This document shows positions 6,730-16,118 of a stretch of 30,933 nucleotides of DNA, piece after piece (position 1 is the stretch's first letter; each line of letters begins with the position of its first letter). The stretch spans positions 1 through 30,933 of the IMG/VR virus record IMGVR_UViG_3300033475_000114. One strand, written 5' to 3'. Below the pieces are notes generated by a model. That model was not told where the DNA came from. It was given only the letters and a program-made list of their open reading frames with translations, and did no database searches. Source of the DNA: a virus (taxonomy: Duplodnaviria > Caudoviricetes). Both the position numbers and the translations under genes were made by a program.

Positions 6730-6927
6730 ATGCTCGCAACCCTGATAGCGCTTCTCTGCGTCGGCTCCGACTGCCAAGAGCATATCCTGGGCCAGTATCA
6801 GTCGATGGATTGCCAAGTGCATGGGCAGGCATACGCGGCCGATTGGATCGGCAAGAACGAACCAGCGGCCAGACTGGAGCGCTTCAAATGCGTTCCTCCA
6901 GACTACAAGCGCGCGATCGGCCTCTGA
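6730..6927 (+). CDS. Small Cys-containing, probably exported protein, 65 aa
   Basis: Hydrophobic N-terminus MLATLIALLC, four Cys; resembles small Rhizobiales proteins with C..C...SM.C...W...C spacing. Confidence 0.65.
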   Translation: MLATLIALLCVGSDCQEHILGQYQSMDCQVHGQAYAADWIGKNEPAARLERFKCVPPDYKRAIGL

Positions 6928-7007
6928 GGCCATTTAGCCCGCTTTTATTCCGCCTCTACGCCTCAGACCTAGCAGAAGCCGTCCACGAATTAGCTCGAGA
7001 GAGACAG

Positions 7008-7514
7008 ATGGGAAGCCAGGCTGCTCTGCGAGAGGCGCTCGGCCGAAATGACATCGAAGTCCGGTTCGGTGATGGAAAGCAGTACGTGACGATGGATGAC
7101 AAGACCGTGGAACTGAGCGCGAGCGCTTCGCCGGCTGAGGTTGCGCAGGCTCTTGATCTGTCCAAGCCGCCGGTTCCTGCTCCGTCGCCGGCGCTGATAC
7201 CGCAGGTTCAGATCCTGACGCCGATGACTTCGGCTCAGGCTGCGGCGCCCGCAAAGCCGGTCAAGACCGTTCCGGCACCTGGGAGCTTCGCCGCGAGCAT
7301 CCGGGCGATCGTGAACGAAGCTCGCGATGGGCTCCAGCAAGCTCGCTCAGACTGCGTTGCCCAAGTGCGTGAGGCCGTGGGCGAACTGCAAGCCGTTACG
7401 GCTCAGACCAAGCAGGTTGGTAGCTCCATGGTCAAATCGATCAAGGATGAAACCGCCGCGGCTCTCGCAGAACTCGGCCAGATAAGCAACATGCCGCCGG
7501 AGGATGCCCAATGA
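7008..7514 (+). CDS. Hypothetical late protein with Pro/Ala linker and helical C-terminus, 168 aa
   Basis: GAGAGAG upstream of ATG 7008; ATGA-coupled to the next gene. Confidence 0.75.
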   Translation: MGSQAALREALGRNDIEVRFGDGKQYVTMDDKTVELSASASPAEVAQALDLSKPPVPAPSPALIPQVQILTPMTSAQAAAPAKPVKTVPAPGSFAASIRAIVNEARDGLQQARSDCVAQVREAVGELQAVTAQTKQVGSSMVKSIKDETAAALAELGQISNMPPEDAQ

Positions 7515-7753
7515 GGCTGACCGTCGATGCTCGCAAGGCTCTCAGTGGCAGTGACTTCGCCGGGCCCGATCGCAGTTTCCCGACCGAGGACAAGGACCAC
7601 GCCGAAGCCGCACTGATGGACGTCGGGCACGACAAGAAGCTGACCGCCTCCGAGAAGGCGACCGTTCGACGGAAAGCCAAGGCTAGGCTCGACGAAAAGA
7701 ACGACCGGGATTTGCACGAATATCTCGGCAAAACCTACGGGAGGAAGAAGTGA
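7511..7753 (+). CDS. Small late protein (DUF6582-like) with scaffold-like C-terminal peptide, 80 aa
   Basis: LTVDARKALSGSDFAGPDRSFPTEDKDHAEAAL; GGAGG SD; C-terminus DRDLHEYLGKTYG. Confidence 0.8.
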   Translation: MRLTVDARKALSGSDFAGPDRSFPTEDKDHAEAALMDVGHDKKLTASEKATVRRKAKARLDEKNDRDLHEYLGKTYGRKK

Positions 7754-7789
7754 CGCCCGCAAGTAATTCAAATGTTTGAGTAATAAAAT

Positions 7790-8086
7790 ATGGCGGGACG
7801 CCCAGCAGGATCACAGAACAAGGACAAGCCATTTCGGGATGCAATCCGAATGGAAGCGGCGCTGGCTGAGAGCGGCGAAGAGTCGCCGGCTAAGCCGGGT
7901 TCGCTGCGTTGGATCGCGCGGCAATTGCTTGTGCGCGCTGGCACTGAGACCGCTGCGGCGCATGAGATTGCGGATCGGCTCGACGGTAAGGCCGCTCAGT
8001 CTGTTGAGATGTCGGGCGGCTTGAGCATCACTCATGAGGAAGCGTTGAATGAGCTTGACGGACCGGGAACGGACGATCAGGCGTAG
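7790..8086 (+). CDS. terS: Terminase small subunit (putative)
   Basis: GRPAGSQNK N-terminus, EIADRLDGKAAQSVE; overlaps the TerL start. Confidence 0.75.
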   Translation: MAGRPAGSQNKDKPFRDAIRMEAALAESGEESPAKPGSLRWIARQLLVRAGTETAAAHEIADRLDGKAAQSVEMSGGLSITHEEALNELDGPGTDDQA

Positions 8087-9596
8087 GCTGCGTGACGATT
8101 TCAGGCATTACGCATCCAAGTGTCTCAAGATCCGGACAAAGGCCGGAAAGATCGAGCCGCTCGCTCTCAACCAGGCGCAGCTTTATTTGCATGGCCGGCT
8201 TGAAGCACAACGACAGCGAACCGGTAAAGTTCGCGCGCTCGTTCTGAAAGGACGGCAACAGGGCATCTCGACCTATATCGGCGGCCGATATTACTGGCGC
8301 GCGTCGCATAGCAAAGGCGTCCGGGTGTTTATCCTGACGCATGAGCAGGACGCGACGAACAATCTGTTCGGGATGGTGGAGCGATATCATTCGCACTGTC
8401 CTGATCTGGTCAAGCCTGTGACCGGCGCTGCGAACGCCAAAGAGTTGAGTTTCGAGGCGCTGGAGAGTGGCTACGCGGTCGGTACAGCAGGCGCAAAGGC
8501 AACGGGGCGATCTCAGACCGTTCAATTGTTTCACGGCTCTGAGGTGGCTTTCTGGCCCAATGCGAAGACGCATTTTGCTGGTGTCGTTCAGGCCATTCCG
8601 GATCTGCCGGGAACTGAGATCGTCCTGGAGTCGACGGCGAACGGGCTCGGCGGCGAGTTTCACGAGCGCTGGCAGCAAGCCGAGAGCGGAAATGGCGACT
8701 ACGAGGCCATTTTCATTCCGTGGTTCTGGGACCCAGGTTATCGGCGCGAAGTGCCGCAGGATTTCAGGCTTGATGAAGAAGAGCAGGCCTATGCCGACGC
8801 TCACAAGCTCGATCTCGAGCAAATGGTGTGGCGTCGGGCGAAGATTGCGGAGCTGAAAGATGGCCTCCTCTTCAAACAGGAATATCCTGCGACGGCTCAA
8901 GAAGCCTTCCAGCTTACGGGTCATGATAGCTTCATCAAGTCCGGCCGAGTTCTTGCAGCTCGTAAGCTCAGTTGCGAAGGGATTGGACCGCTCGTCATTG
9001 GAGTCGATCCGGCGCGCTTTGGAGACGATCGCTTTTCCATCGCCTGGCGCCGAGGTCGACAGGTCAGCAAAGTAGAGAGCAGGGGCAAGATCGATACCGT
9101 TCAGGGTGCGAACTGGATCAAGCAGGTTATCGATACTGATAAGCCGGCTCGTGTGTTCGTGGACGTTGGCGGTGTTGGCGCTGGCGTTGTTGATATCCTG
9201 CATTCGTGGGGTGGCGTTTATCTTGAGGCAGTTACGCCGATCAACTTCGGGTCAGAGCCTCAAGAGCCGACCGTAATCCTGCCTGATGGCACGAAATCAG
9301 CGGGTCCTCGGAATCGGCGCGCCGAAATGTGGTCGCGCTCGCGGGATTGGCTGGATGAGCCGGGCGGCGCTGACATTCCGGATTTGGATAGCCTGCAGGC
9401 CGATGCTTGCGGGCCGGGTTATTCCTACGACGTAAACCAGCGGCTTCTCTTGGAAAGCAAAGAACACATGCGAGCTCGCGGTATCAGGTCGCCAGACGAT
9501 TGGGATGCGATCGCGCTGACGTTTGCGGAGCCTGTGCATGAAGAGGTTGCGCGGCCGGTGCGTCAGCGTCGCGTCGGCGGCTGGATGGGCGCCTGA
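8049..9596 (+). CDS. terL: Terminase large subunit
   Basis: Walker A LKGRQQGIST, FHGSEVAFW, ESTANG, nuclease IGVDPARFGDD, SPDDWDAIALTF. Confidence 0.97.
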   Translation: MSLTDRERTIRRRLRDDFRHYASKCLKIRTKAGKIEPLALNQAQLYLHGRLEAQRQRTGKVRALVLKGRQQGISTYIGGRYYWRASHSKGVRVFILTHEQDATNNLFGMVERYHSHCPDLVKPVTGAANAKELSFEALESGYAVGTAGAKATGRSQTVQLFHGSEVAFWPNAKTHFAGVVQAIPDLPGTEIVLESTANGLGGEFHERWQQAESGNGDYEAIFIPWFWDPGYRREVPQDFRLDEEEQAYADAHKLDLEQMVWRRAKIAELKDGLLFKQEYPATAQEAFQLTGHDSFIKSGRVLAARKLSCEGIGPLVIGVDPARFGDDRFSIAWRRGRQVSKVESRGKIDTVQGANWIKQVIDTDKPARVFVDVGGVGAGVVDILHSWGGVYLEAVTPINFGSEPQEPTVILPDGTKSAGPRNRRAEMWSRSRDWLDEPGGADIPDLDSLQADACGPGYSYDVNQRLLLESKEHMRARGIRSPDDWDAIALTFAEPVHEEVARPVRQRRVGGWMGA

Positions 9597-11851
9597 TGGC
9601 CGGCGAATACCAGGACCAGGTCAACAAGGCTGACGGCGACGACAAGCCGAAGTCCGATTGGCCCGAAATCCACAAGGAAGCTCTGCTTGAATACGAGCGT
9701 GACTACGCGCGCGAGCAGGGCAACATTGAGGATGCTTACGAGGATCTGCGCTTCCGCCGCGGTCGATTGAATGATCAGTGGGATGCGCTGGCGCTAGAGG
9801 CTCGCAAGGGTCGCCCCTGCCACGTCGTCAACAAACTCCCGCAGTTCGTTCGTCAGGTGACGGGCGATATGCGGCAGTCTCGCCCAGGCATCAAAGTTGT
9901 TCCGGTCGACGATGGTGCCGATGTCGAGACGGCAGAAGTCCGCGCCGGCATGATCCGGTATGTCGAGAACCGATCCAAAGCGAAGCACATTTACACGACC
10001 GGTGCCGACAGTCAGGTGACTGCAGGCATCGGCCATTGGGCTGTCACGACCGAGTACGCCAACGCTGGCACGTTCAACCAGGAAATCCGGATCATCGGCA
10101 TCGAGGATGGCGTGTCCGTCGTCTGGGATGCGGATTCGGTGCTGCCTAACCGGTCTGATGCTGATCATTGCTTTGTGCCGAACGACATCACGCGCGCGAA
10201 GTTCAAGAGGCAATGGCCGAACGCGGTTCAAAGCGGATTTGACACGTCGCTGTGCGGCTCGGGATCGACCAGCTATTTCGACAACTGGCACCATGATGAC
10301 TATATCCGCGTAGTCCAGTATTGGAAGAAGAAGCCGCTTGTCCGCACCTTGGCGCTCATGCCGGATGGTTCGATTGAGGATCTGACGGACCAGATCAAGG
10401 ACGCGCCAGAGGATCAGGTCAAAGCGGGATTGCAGTGGCTCACCACGCAAAAGGGTGCGCGCGTCGAGCAGCGCGATAGCTATTCGATCTGCCGCTATCT
10501 GATCACGATGGCAGAAGTGCTAGAGGAATCGGACTGGCCCGGAATGCACATTCCGATCGTCCCGGTGATCGGTGAGGAAGTGCGCGTCGGGCGCGATGTC
10601 TACCGTCATGGCATTGTCCGGTATGCCCGCGATCTTCAGCGGATGGTCAACTATTACGCCTCGGCCGAAACGGAGGTGATTGCGCTACAGCCGAAGGCCC
10701 CCTGGATCGGCACCAAGAAGCAGTTTCAGGACCGCTATGATCTTTGGGAAACGGCCAATACCGAACCTCATCCGTTTCTGGAGTATACCCCCGATCCGCA
10801 AGCGCCAGGACCGCCGCAACGTGTTCCGCCTCCCGTTCCGTCTCAGGCTGTCCAGGCCGGCTCACTGAACGCCGCCAACGACATGAAGGCCGTTATCGGC
10901 ATTTACGACGCGAGCCTTGGGGCCAAATCGAATGAGACCAGCGGCGTTGCGATTGCCCGCCGGGATCAGCAAGGCGATACAGGTACGTTCGTCTACCACG
11001 ACAACTTCGCGCTGGCGATCGAGCGCACGGGAGAGATCGTCAACGATCTGTTTCCTCATATCTACGACACGCAGCGCACCATTCAGATTTTGGGCGACGA
11101 TGGTCAACCGAACATGGTACAGATCAATAAACCCCAGATCATCGACGGGGTTAACAAGATCCAGCACGACATGTCGTCCGGCTCCTATGACGTCGTGATG
11201 GAGCAGGGGCCGTCTTACGCTACCAAGCGCGAGCAGGCGCAGGATGGCATGACCGAGTTCATTCGGGCGTTCCCGCCGGCCGCGCCGCTGATTGGCGACA
11301 TCTATGCCAAGAGCATGGATTGGCCGCACGCTCAGGAGATCGGAGAGCGGCTCGAGGAAGCGCTGCCGCCCGCGATCAAGGCTAAGCTGCAGGCCGAGCG
11401 CGCGGAGAAGGATCAGGTTGCCGGCAAGCCGCCTTCGCCTGAAGCGCAGCAGCAGACTATGCAGCAACAGCAGGCTGAGCAAGAGGCGGCGCAGGCCAAG
11501 TCGCTGCAGATGAACGAGCTCAAAGCAAAGGCGGATGAGGCGGAGGCCAAGGCCAGAAAGGCTGTCGCCGAGGCAGACAGAGCCGAAGCCGAAGCCAAAC
11601 TGATGACGCAGCGGCTTGCGGCTGCACACATGGACGAATTGCGCACCATCGAGGCCAACACGCACGACCAAGCCCGCGGGCATGTTCAGCACCGTCAAGC
11701 CACAGCGCACGCCCAGGATAGGCATGCGGTCGACATGACACGGCAGGGGCTGGCCGAGGCCCGAGCGCTTCAGCAGGCATCACAGGGCGCCGAGCAGCAT
11801 CAGGCGACCATGCAGAACGCAACTCAGCCGGAGATGGCTGACGCAGAGTAA
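9596..11851 (+). CDS. P22-like portal protein
   Basis: 751 aa directly after TerL; GIVRYARDLQRMVNY, SNETSGVAI, YDTQR, GPSYATKR; Q/A-rich coiled-coil C-terminal barrel. Confidence 0.93.
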   Translation: MAGEYQDQVNKADGDDKPKSDWPEIHKEALLEYERDYAREQGNIEDAYEDLRFRRGRLNDQWDALALEARKGRPCHVVNKLPQFVRQVTGDMRQSRPGIKVVPVDDGADVETAEVRAGMIRYVENRSKAKHIYTTGADSQVTAGIGHWAVTTEYANAGTFNQEIRIIGIEDGVSVVWDADSVLPNRSDADHCFVPNDITRAKFKRQWPNAVQSGFDTSLCGSGSTSYFDNWHHDDYIRVVQYWKKKPLVRTLALMPDGSIEDLTDQIKDAPEDQVKAGLQWLTTQKGARVEQRDSYSICRYLITMAEVLEESDWPGMHIPIVPVIGEEVRVGRDVYRHGIVRYARDLQRMVNYYASAETEVIALQPKAPWIGTKKQFQDRYDLWETANTEPHPFLEYTPDPQAPGPPQRVPPPVPSQAVQAGSLNAANDMKAVIGIYDASLGAKSNETSGVAIARRDQQGDTGTFVYHDNFALAIERTGEIVNDLFPHIYDTQRTIQILGDDGQPNMVQINKPQIIDGVNKIQHDMSSGSYDVVMEQGPSYATKREQAQDGMTEFIRAFPPAAPLIGDIYAKSMDWPHAQEIGERLEEALPPAIKAKLQAERAEKDQVAGKPPSPEAQQQTMQQQQAEQEAAQAKSLQMNELKAKADEAEAKARKAVAEADRAEAEAKLMTQRLAAAHMDELRTIEANTHDQARGHVQHRQATAHAQDRHAVDMTRQGLAEARALQQASQGAEQHQATMQNATQPEMADAE

Positions 11852-11876
11852 TTCCGGCGCTTAGACGCTGGTTGGC

Positions 11877-11901
11877 AGCCGTCCGAAAGGGCGGCTTTTT
11901 T
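11877..11901 (+). terminator. Intrinsic terminator between portal and scaffold
   Basis: AGCCGTCC-GAAA-GGGCGGCT-TTTTT. Confidence 0.85.
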
Positions 11902-11915
11902 CATGGGTAAAACAG

Positions 11916-12755
11916 ATGGGCGACCAGGATACGCTGGCGGCAACGCCGGGCGATACGACCAATGATGCACCGATCAATGACGGCTTCATCGACCTCGATG
12001 CTCAGACCGAACCGGCGGCCGAGACGACCGACGATGAAGGCCAAAGCCAGGAAACCGAGCAGACAGAACAGTCTTCCGGTGAAGAAGACAAGCCCAAGAA
12101 ACTGAGCGGCGCCGCGCGAGCCAAGCTCCGCGAACAGCGCCTTTTGAACGAGCTTTCCGCTCGCGATCGCGAGCTTGAAGAACTTCGGCGCGCACAGCCG
12201 GCGAAAACCGCCAGCGACAGCGCCGATAAACCGCCGCGTGAGGAAGACTTCAACGGCGACTTCTTCGCCTATCAGACCGCCAAGACGGCCTATGAGGCTG
12301 GCAAAGCGGCGGCCGAAGCAGTCGAAAAGCGCTTAGGCGCCCGTGAACAGACCGAACGACAGGCAAAGCAGACCGAAATCGCTCGGGAGCGCGACGTTGC
12401 GCATCTCGAACGGGTCGAAGACGCGCGCGAGGTTATCGCGGACTTCGATCAGGTCATGAAGGGTATGGACGGCGTTCAAGTTCGCCAGGACGTGATCGAC
12501 GAGATCAAGTCGTCTGAGAACAGCGCTCTCCTTGCGTACCACCTCGCAAAGAATCCCGACAAGCTCAACGCACTGAACAGCATGAGCGGACGCGAGCTGG
12601 CCCGAGAAATGGGACGGCTGGAAGCCACTGTGAAGATGCCGGAAGCGAAAAAGGCAACAACCGCTCCCGCTCCTTTATCCCGCCCGAAAGGCGGCGCCGC
12701 GCCACGCAGCCAGGATGCTGATCTAGCGGCTTATCTCAAGCGCACATACGGCTGA
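11916..12755 (+). CDS. Capsid scaffolding protein
   Basis: Acidic disordered N-terminus, coiled coil, KPPREEDF, LAYHLAKNP, TTAPAP; lies between portal and coat. Confidence 0.88.
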   Translation: MGDQDTLAATPGDTTNDAPINDGFIDLDAQTEPAAETTDDEGQSQETEQTEQSSGEEDKPKKLSGAARAKLREQRLLNELSARDRELEELRRAQPAKTASDSADKPPREEDFNGDFFAYQTAKTAYEAGKAAAEAVEKRLGAREQTERQAKQTEIARERDVAHLERVEDAREVIADFDQVMKGMDGVQVRQDVIDEIKSSENSALLAYHLAKNPDKLNALNSMSGRELAREMGRLEATVKMPEAKKATTAPAPLSRPKGGAAPRSQDADLAAYLKRTYG

Positions 12756-12793
12756 GATCCAGCGGGAGCCTTTCCGAGAAGGAATAGGCTTCA

Positions 12794-14026
12794 ATGTCCA
12801 ATACGACCCTCAGTGCGGCGATCATTGCGAAAGCAGCGGTCGGCATTCTCGAAAACGAACTCGTCATGGCGAACGCGGTTTACCGCGGTTACGAGGACGA
12901 GTTCGACAAGAAGATCAACGGCTATACGGTCGGTGACACCATCACCATCCGCAAGCCGACCGACTTCACCGTCCGTAACACGATCACCGCCTCAGCGCAG
13001 GACGTGACGGAAGGCAAGCTCAGCCTGCAAATCAATAAGGTCGCGGGCGTCGATTTCAAGTTCACCTCGCAGCAGCTGACCCTGAACATCGCGGATCTGT
13101 CGGAGCGCGTCATTCGGCCGGCGATGATCCAGATCGCCAACCAGATCGACATCGACGTGATGTCCCTCTACAAGGACATTCCGCAGTGGGTCGGCACTCC
13201 CGGTACTTTGGTTCAGTCCTTCGCAGGCTTTGCCAAGGGCACGACCAACCTCGACCAGCGTTCGGTTCCTCAGAACGGCCGCTCGGGTGTCTTGGCGCCC
13301 GCGGATTACTGGGCGATGGCCGGCAGCCAGACGGCTCTCTTCCAACCGCAGATCGGGCAGAATGCGTATCGGAACGGCAAGGTCGGCAATGTCGGCAATG
13401 TCGAAACCATGATGTCGCAAAACGCGCCGACCTTCACGGTTGGCCCGATGGGCGGCACGCCGCTGGTTAATGGCGCAAGCCAGAACACCACCTATGACAC
13501 GACCGGCGTCAACACGCAGTCGCTGATCACGGATGGCTGGACGGCTTCTGCAGCGTCTCGCGTCAAGAAGGGCGACGTTTTCACGCTCGCCAACGTGTAC
13601 GACGTCAATCCTGTCACCAAGGCGACGCTGCCGTTCCTCAAGCAGTTCGTTGTGACGGCGGACGGCTCTTCGGACGGTTCTGGTAACCTGACCTTGACGA
13701 TCGCTCCGCAGATCATCACTTCGGGCGCGTTCCAGAACTGTTCTGCGGCTCCTGCTGACAACGCTGCGCTGACCTTCGTCGGCACTGCGGGCACTGCCTA
13801 CACGAACAACCTGATCTTCAGCAAGAACGCCTTCGCGCTCTGTATGGTGCCGATGGTTCGGCCGCCTGGCTCCGTTGACTGCTCGCGTCAGAGCAAGAAC
13901 GGCATCAGCGTTCGCGTCATCCCGTACTATGACGGCACGAACGATGTGAGCAACTGGCGACTGGATTGTATCTACGGCGTTCAGACCATCGACCGGCGCC
14001 TTGCGGTTCGCCTTAGCGGTACCTAA
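12794..14026 (+). CDS. Major capsid protein (P22 coat/gp5 family)
   Basis: GDTITIRKP, FTSQQLTL, IRPAMIQIANQID, KKGDVFT, AFALCMVPM, RLDCIYG. Confidence 0.95.
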   Translation: MSNTTLSAAIIAKAAVGILENELVMANAVYRGYEDEFDKKINGYTVGDTITIRKPTDFTVRNTITASAQDVTEGKLSLQINKVAGVDFKFTSQQLTLNIADLSERVIRPAMIQIANQIDIDVMSLYKDIPQWVGTPGTLVQSFAGFAKGTTNLDQRSVPQNGRSGVLAPADYWAMAGSQTALFQPQIGQNAYRNGKVGNVGNVETMMSQNAPTFTVGPMGGTPLVNGASQNTTYDTTGVNTQSLITDGWTASAASRVKKGDVFTLANVYDVNPVTKATLPFLKQFVVTADGSSDGSGNLTLTIAPQIITSGAFQNCSAAPADNAALTFVGTAGTAYTNNLIFSKNAFALCMVPMVRPPGSVDCSRQSKNGISVRVIPYYDGTNDVSNWRLDCIYGVQTIDRRLAVRLSGT

Positions 14027-14043
14027 CGCATCCTCCCAAACTC

Positions 14044-14075
14044 AGCGGCGTCCTATGGGGCGTCGCTTTCCTTTT
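14044..14075 (+). terminator. Intrinsic terminator after the coat gene
   Basis: AGCGGCGTCC-TATG-GGGCGTCGCT-TTCCTTTT. Confidence 0.8.
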
Positions 14076-14086
14076 GAGGGTTAACG

Positions 14087-14494
14087 ATGCCCAAAACCCG
14101 CGCCGAACTCATCAATCAGTGCTTGACGAACCTTGGCGTTATTGCCGAAGGGCAGTCGATCGACGCTGACCTGGTGCAGAAGATGGACGGCATTGTCGAT
14201 CCTGCTATAGCCGAATTGGCCTCGCTCGATATCTATTACGTTCAGGATGCGGGCGAGCTGGGGCCGGCTGATGGCGCGATCGAGGATAGCGCGTTTCTGT
14301 CGGTAGCGGCTTATATCGCCAATGCTGCTTGCGCGGCGTTCAACCTGCCGGCAGATCAGAAGCTCCAATCGCTAGCATTGCTGGCAGAGCAGAAGCTGCG
14401 AACGCTCGCAGCGCCAGCACGCACCTTGCGGACCTTGCGGGTTGATCCGGCTGTCAGCCGGCGGTTCTGGCCTTATCGGGGCGGCTTCTTTTGA
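14087..14494 (+). CDS. Head-to-tail adaptor (P22 gp4 position)
   Basis: Position; ELINQCLTNLGVIAEGQS helical N-terminus typical of adaptors; GAGG SD. Confidence 0.7.
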   Translation: MPKTRAELINQCLTNLGVIAEGQSIDADLVQKMDGIVDPAIAELASLDIYYVQDAGELGPADGAIEDSAFLSVAAYIANAACAAFNLPADQKLQSLALLAEQKLRTLAAPARTLRTLRVDPAVSRRFWPYRGGFF

Positions 14495-15912
14495 AAAAGC
14501 CTATTCCGTTTCCGGTTCAGACCGCACCTGGCGCGAAGTCGCAGGAATCCGGCGGCCGGATCATCAACGGCTATGCGGATGCGTTAGGAGCGCAGGCGCC
14601 GAGCCAGACGGTCATTCGCCGCGGGCCCGGATTGGTGAATTTCGGAACGTCGGCGAGGTCCGGTTTCCGCGGTTCGATCCTGGTCAATGATGTCCTGTAT
14701 GTCGCCTTCAGCGGCAAGCTGGAGAAATGGAGTTCGGCCGGCGGCGCGTCGACCAGCATCGGCAATCTGAACGGCACCAAGCGTGGCTTTTTCGCGGCCA
14801 ACAACAATACGACGCCGGATCGCGTGTTTGTCGATCCTGATGGCAATATCGCGGTTTTCACGGAATCGTCCGTTACGAACTCCTATCCGGATGCCGATCT
14901 TCCATCGGTCAACTCGGTCGACTTCCTCGACGGCTATCTGGTTTTCACGACGGGCGACGGGCGCGCGTTTGCAACCGATCTTAACTCGACGTCGGTTAAT
15001 TCGCTGTCCTTTGGCAAGGCTGAGGCCAAACCTGATGGCTTGGTGCGGGTGGTCGCGTGGGGCGGTCGCCTGTTGTTCATGGGCAACGAGACGATTGAAG
15101 TCTGGACGGATGCGGCGACTGTTCCGTTCCCGTTCGCGCGCAGCAATGTCATTCCGCGTGGCCTCGCTGGCCCTTACTGCGTCTCAGGCTATGAGGACGG
15201 CTTTTCGCGGGGGCCGATCTTCGTCGGTGATGACAACTGCGTCTATGCGCTGGAGGGCTACACGCCAACCAAGGTTTCGACCACTGATCTGGATGGCCTG
15301 ATCGAGGCCGTCACCGACAAGACGACGCTCGAGGCTACCTCGTTCATGGCGAGGGGTCATGCGTTTTGGCAGTTGTCTTGCCCGGCGTGGTCATGGGTTT
15401 TGGATATCTCGACCTCGCAATGGTTTCAGGCTGACAGTTACTTGCAACTGCGATCGCGGCGCGCCGGCGCGATCAACGCCTATTCCATGTGGCTGACCGG
15501 CGACACCCAGACCGGCAACCTGCAGCAGATCATCACGTCCGCCAATGATGAGGTAGGAGATCCGCTCAGGCTCAGGATCGAGAGCGGCCCGGTGATGAAT
15601 TTCCCGGGTGGAACTACGGTCGGGCGCGCTGATTTCTATTTCGTCACCGGTGTTGGCATCGCGACGGGCCGTGACCCTGATCAAACCGATCCGGACGTCG
15701 AAATCTCGTGGTCGGACGATGGTGGCTTGACCTGGAGCAATCCGATCTTGCGCAAGCTCGGCCGTCAGTCAGAACCGAAACAGCTTATCTCCCTCGTGTC
15801 CTGCACGGGCCGCACGGGCTGGGAGGGGCGCCGCTGGCGGCTTGATGTCTCCTCGGCTGTCTATGGCGCGTTTCTGTTTGGCACGATGTCCGACGATCCA
15901 AGGGCTGTCTGA
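14491..15912 (+). CDS. Tail hub / packaged-DNA stabilisation protein (P22 gp10-like)
   Basis: 473 aa beta-rich; FLDGYLVF, AEAKPDGLV, ETIEVW, TGVG, ISWSDDGGLTWSN; TTG start overlapping the upstream stop. Confidence 0.88.
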   Translation: MKKPIPFPVQTAPGAKSQESGGRIINGYADALGAQAPSQTVIRRGPGLVNFGTSARSGFRGSILVNDVLYVAFSGKLEKWSSAGGASTSIGNLNGTKRGFFAANNNTTPDRVFVDPDGNIAVFTESSVTNSYPDADLPSVNSVDFLDGYLVFTTGDGRAFATDLNSTSVNSLSFGKAEAKPDGLVRVVAWGGRLLFMGNETIEVWTDAATVPFPFARSNVIPRGLAGPYCVSGYEDGFSRGPIFVGDDNCVYALEGYTPTKVSTTDLDGLIEAVTDKTTLEATSFMARGHAFWQLSCPAWSWVLDISTSQWFQADSYLQLRSRRAGAINAYSMWLTGDTQTGNLQQIITSANDEVGDPLRLRIESGPVMNFPGGTTVGRADFYFVTGVGIATGRDPDQTDPDVEISWSDDGGLTWSNPILRKLGRQSEPKQLISLVSCTGRTGWEGRRWRLDVSSAVYGAFLFGTMSDDPRAV

Positions 15913-16118
15913 TGGCTAGATTTCGCATGCTGACGCCGGATGCAGTGATCATCGATCCTAAGACCGGCAGGTTTACCGAAAACGGTTACGACCTTTTCAA
16001 AGGACTTGAGCGGCTCGGCTTGATCGACCTGGCCGACGTCGATCCCACGGCACCCACTAATGGGCAAGTACCGGTGTTTAACTCAACGACGGGCCTATGG
16101 AAGGCTGGAGCTAACTGA
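15912..16118 (+). CDS. Short tail protein at the needle (gp26) position, 68 aa
   Basis: TGATG-coupled on both sides; IIDPKTGRFT N-terminus and fibre-type DLADVDPTAPTNGQVPVFNSTTGLW motif. Confidence 0.75.
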   Translation: MARFRMLTPDAVIIDPKTGRFTENGYDLFKGLERLGLIDLADVDPTAPTNGQVPVFNSTTGLWKAGAN

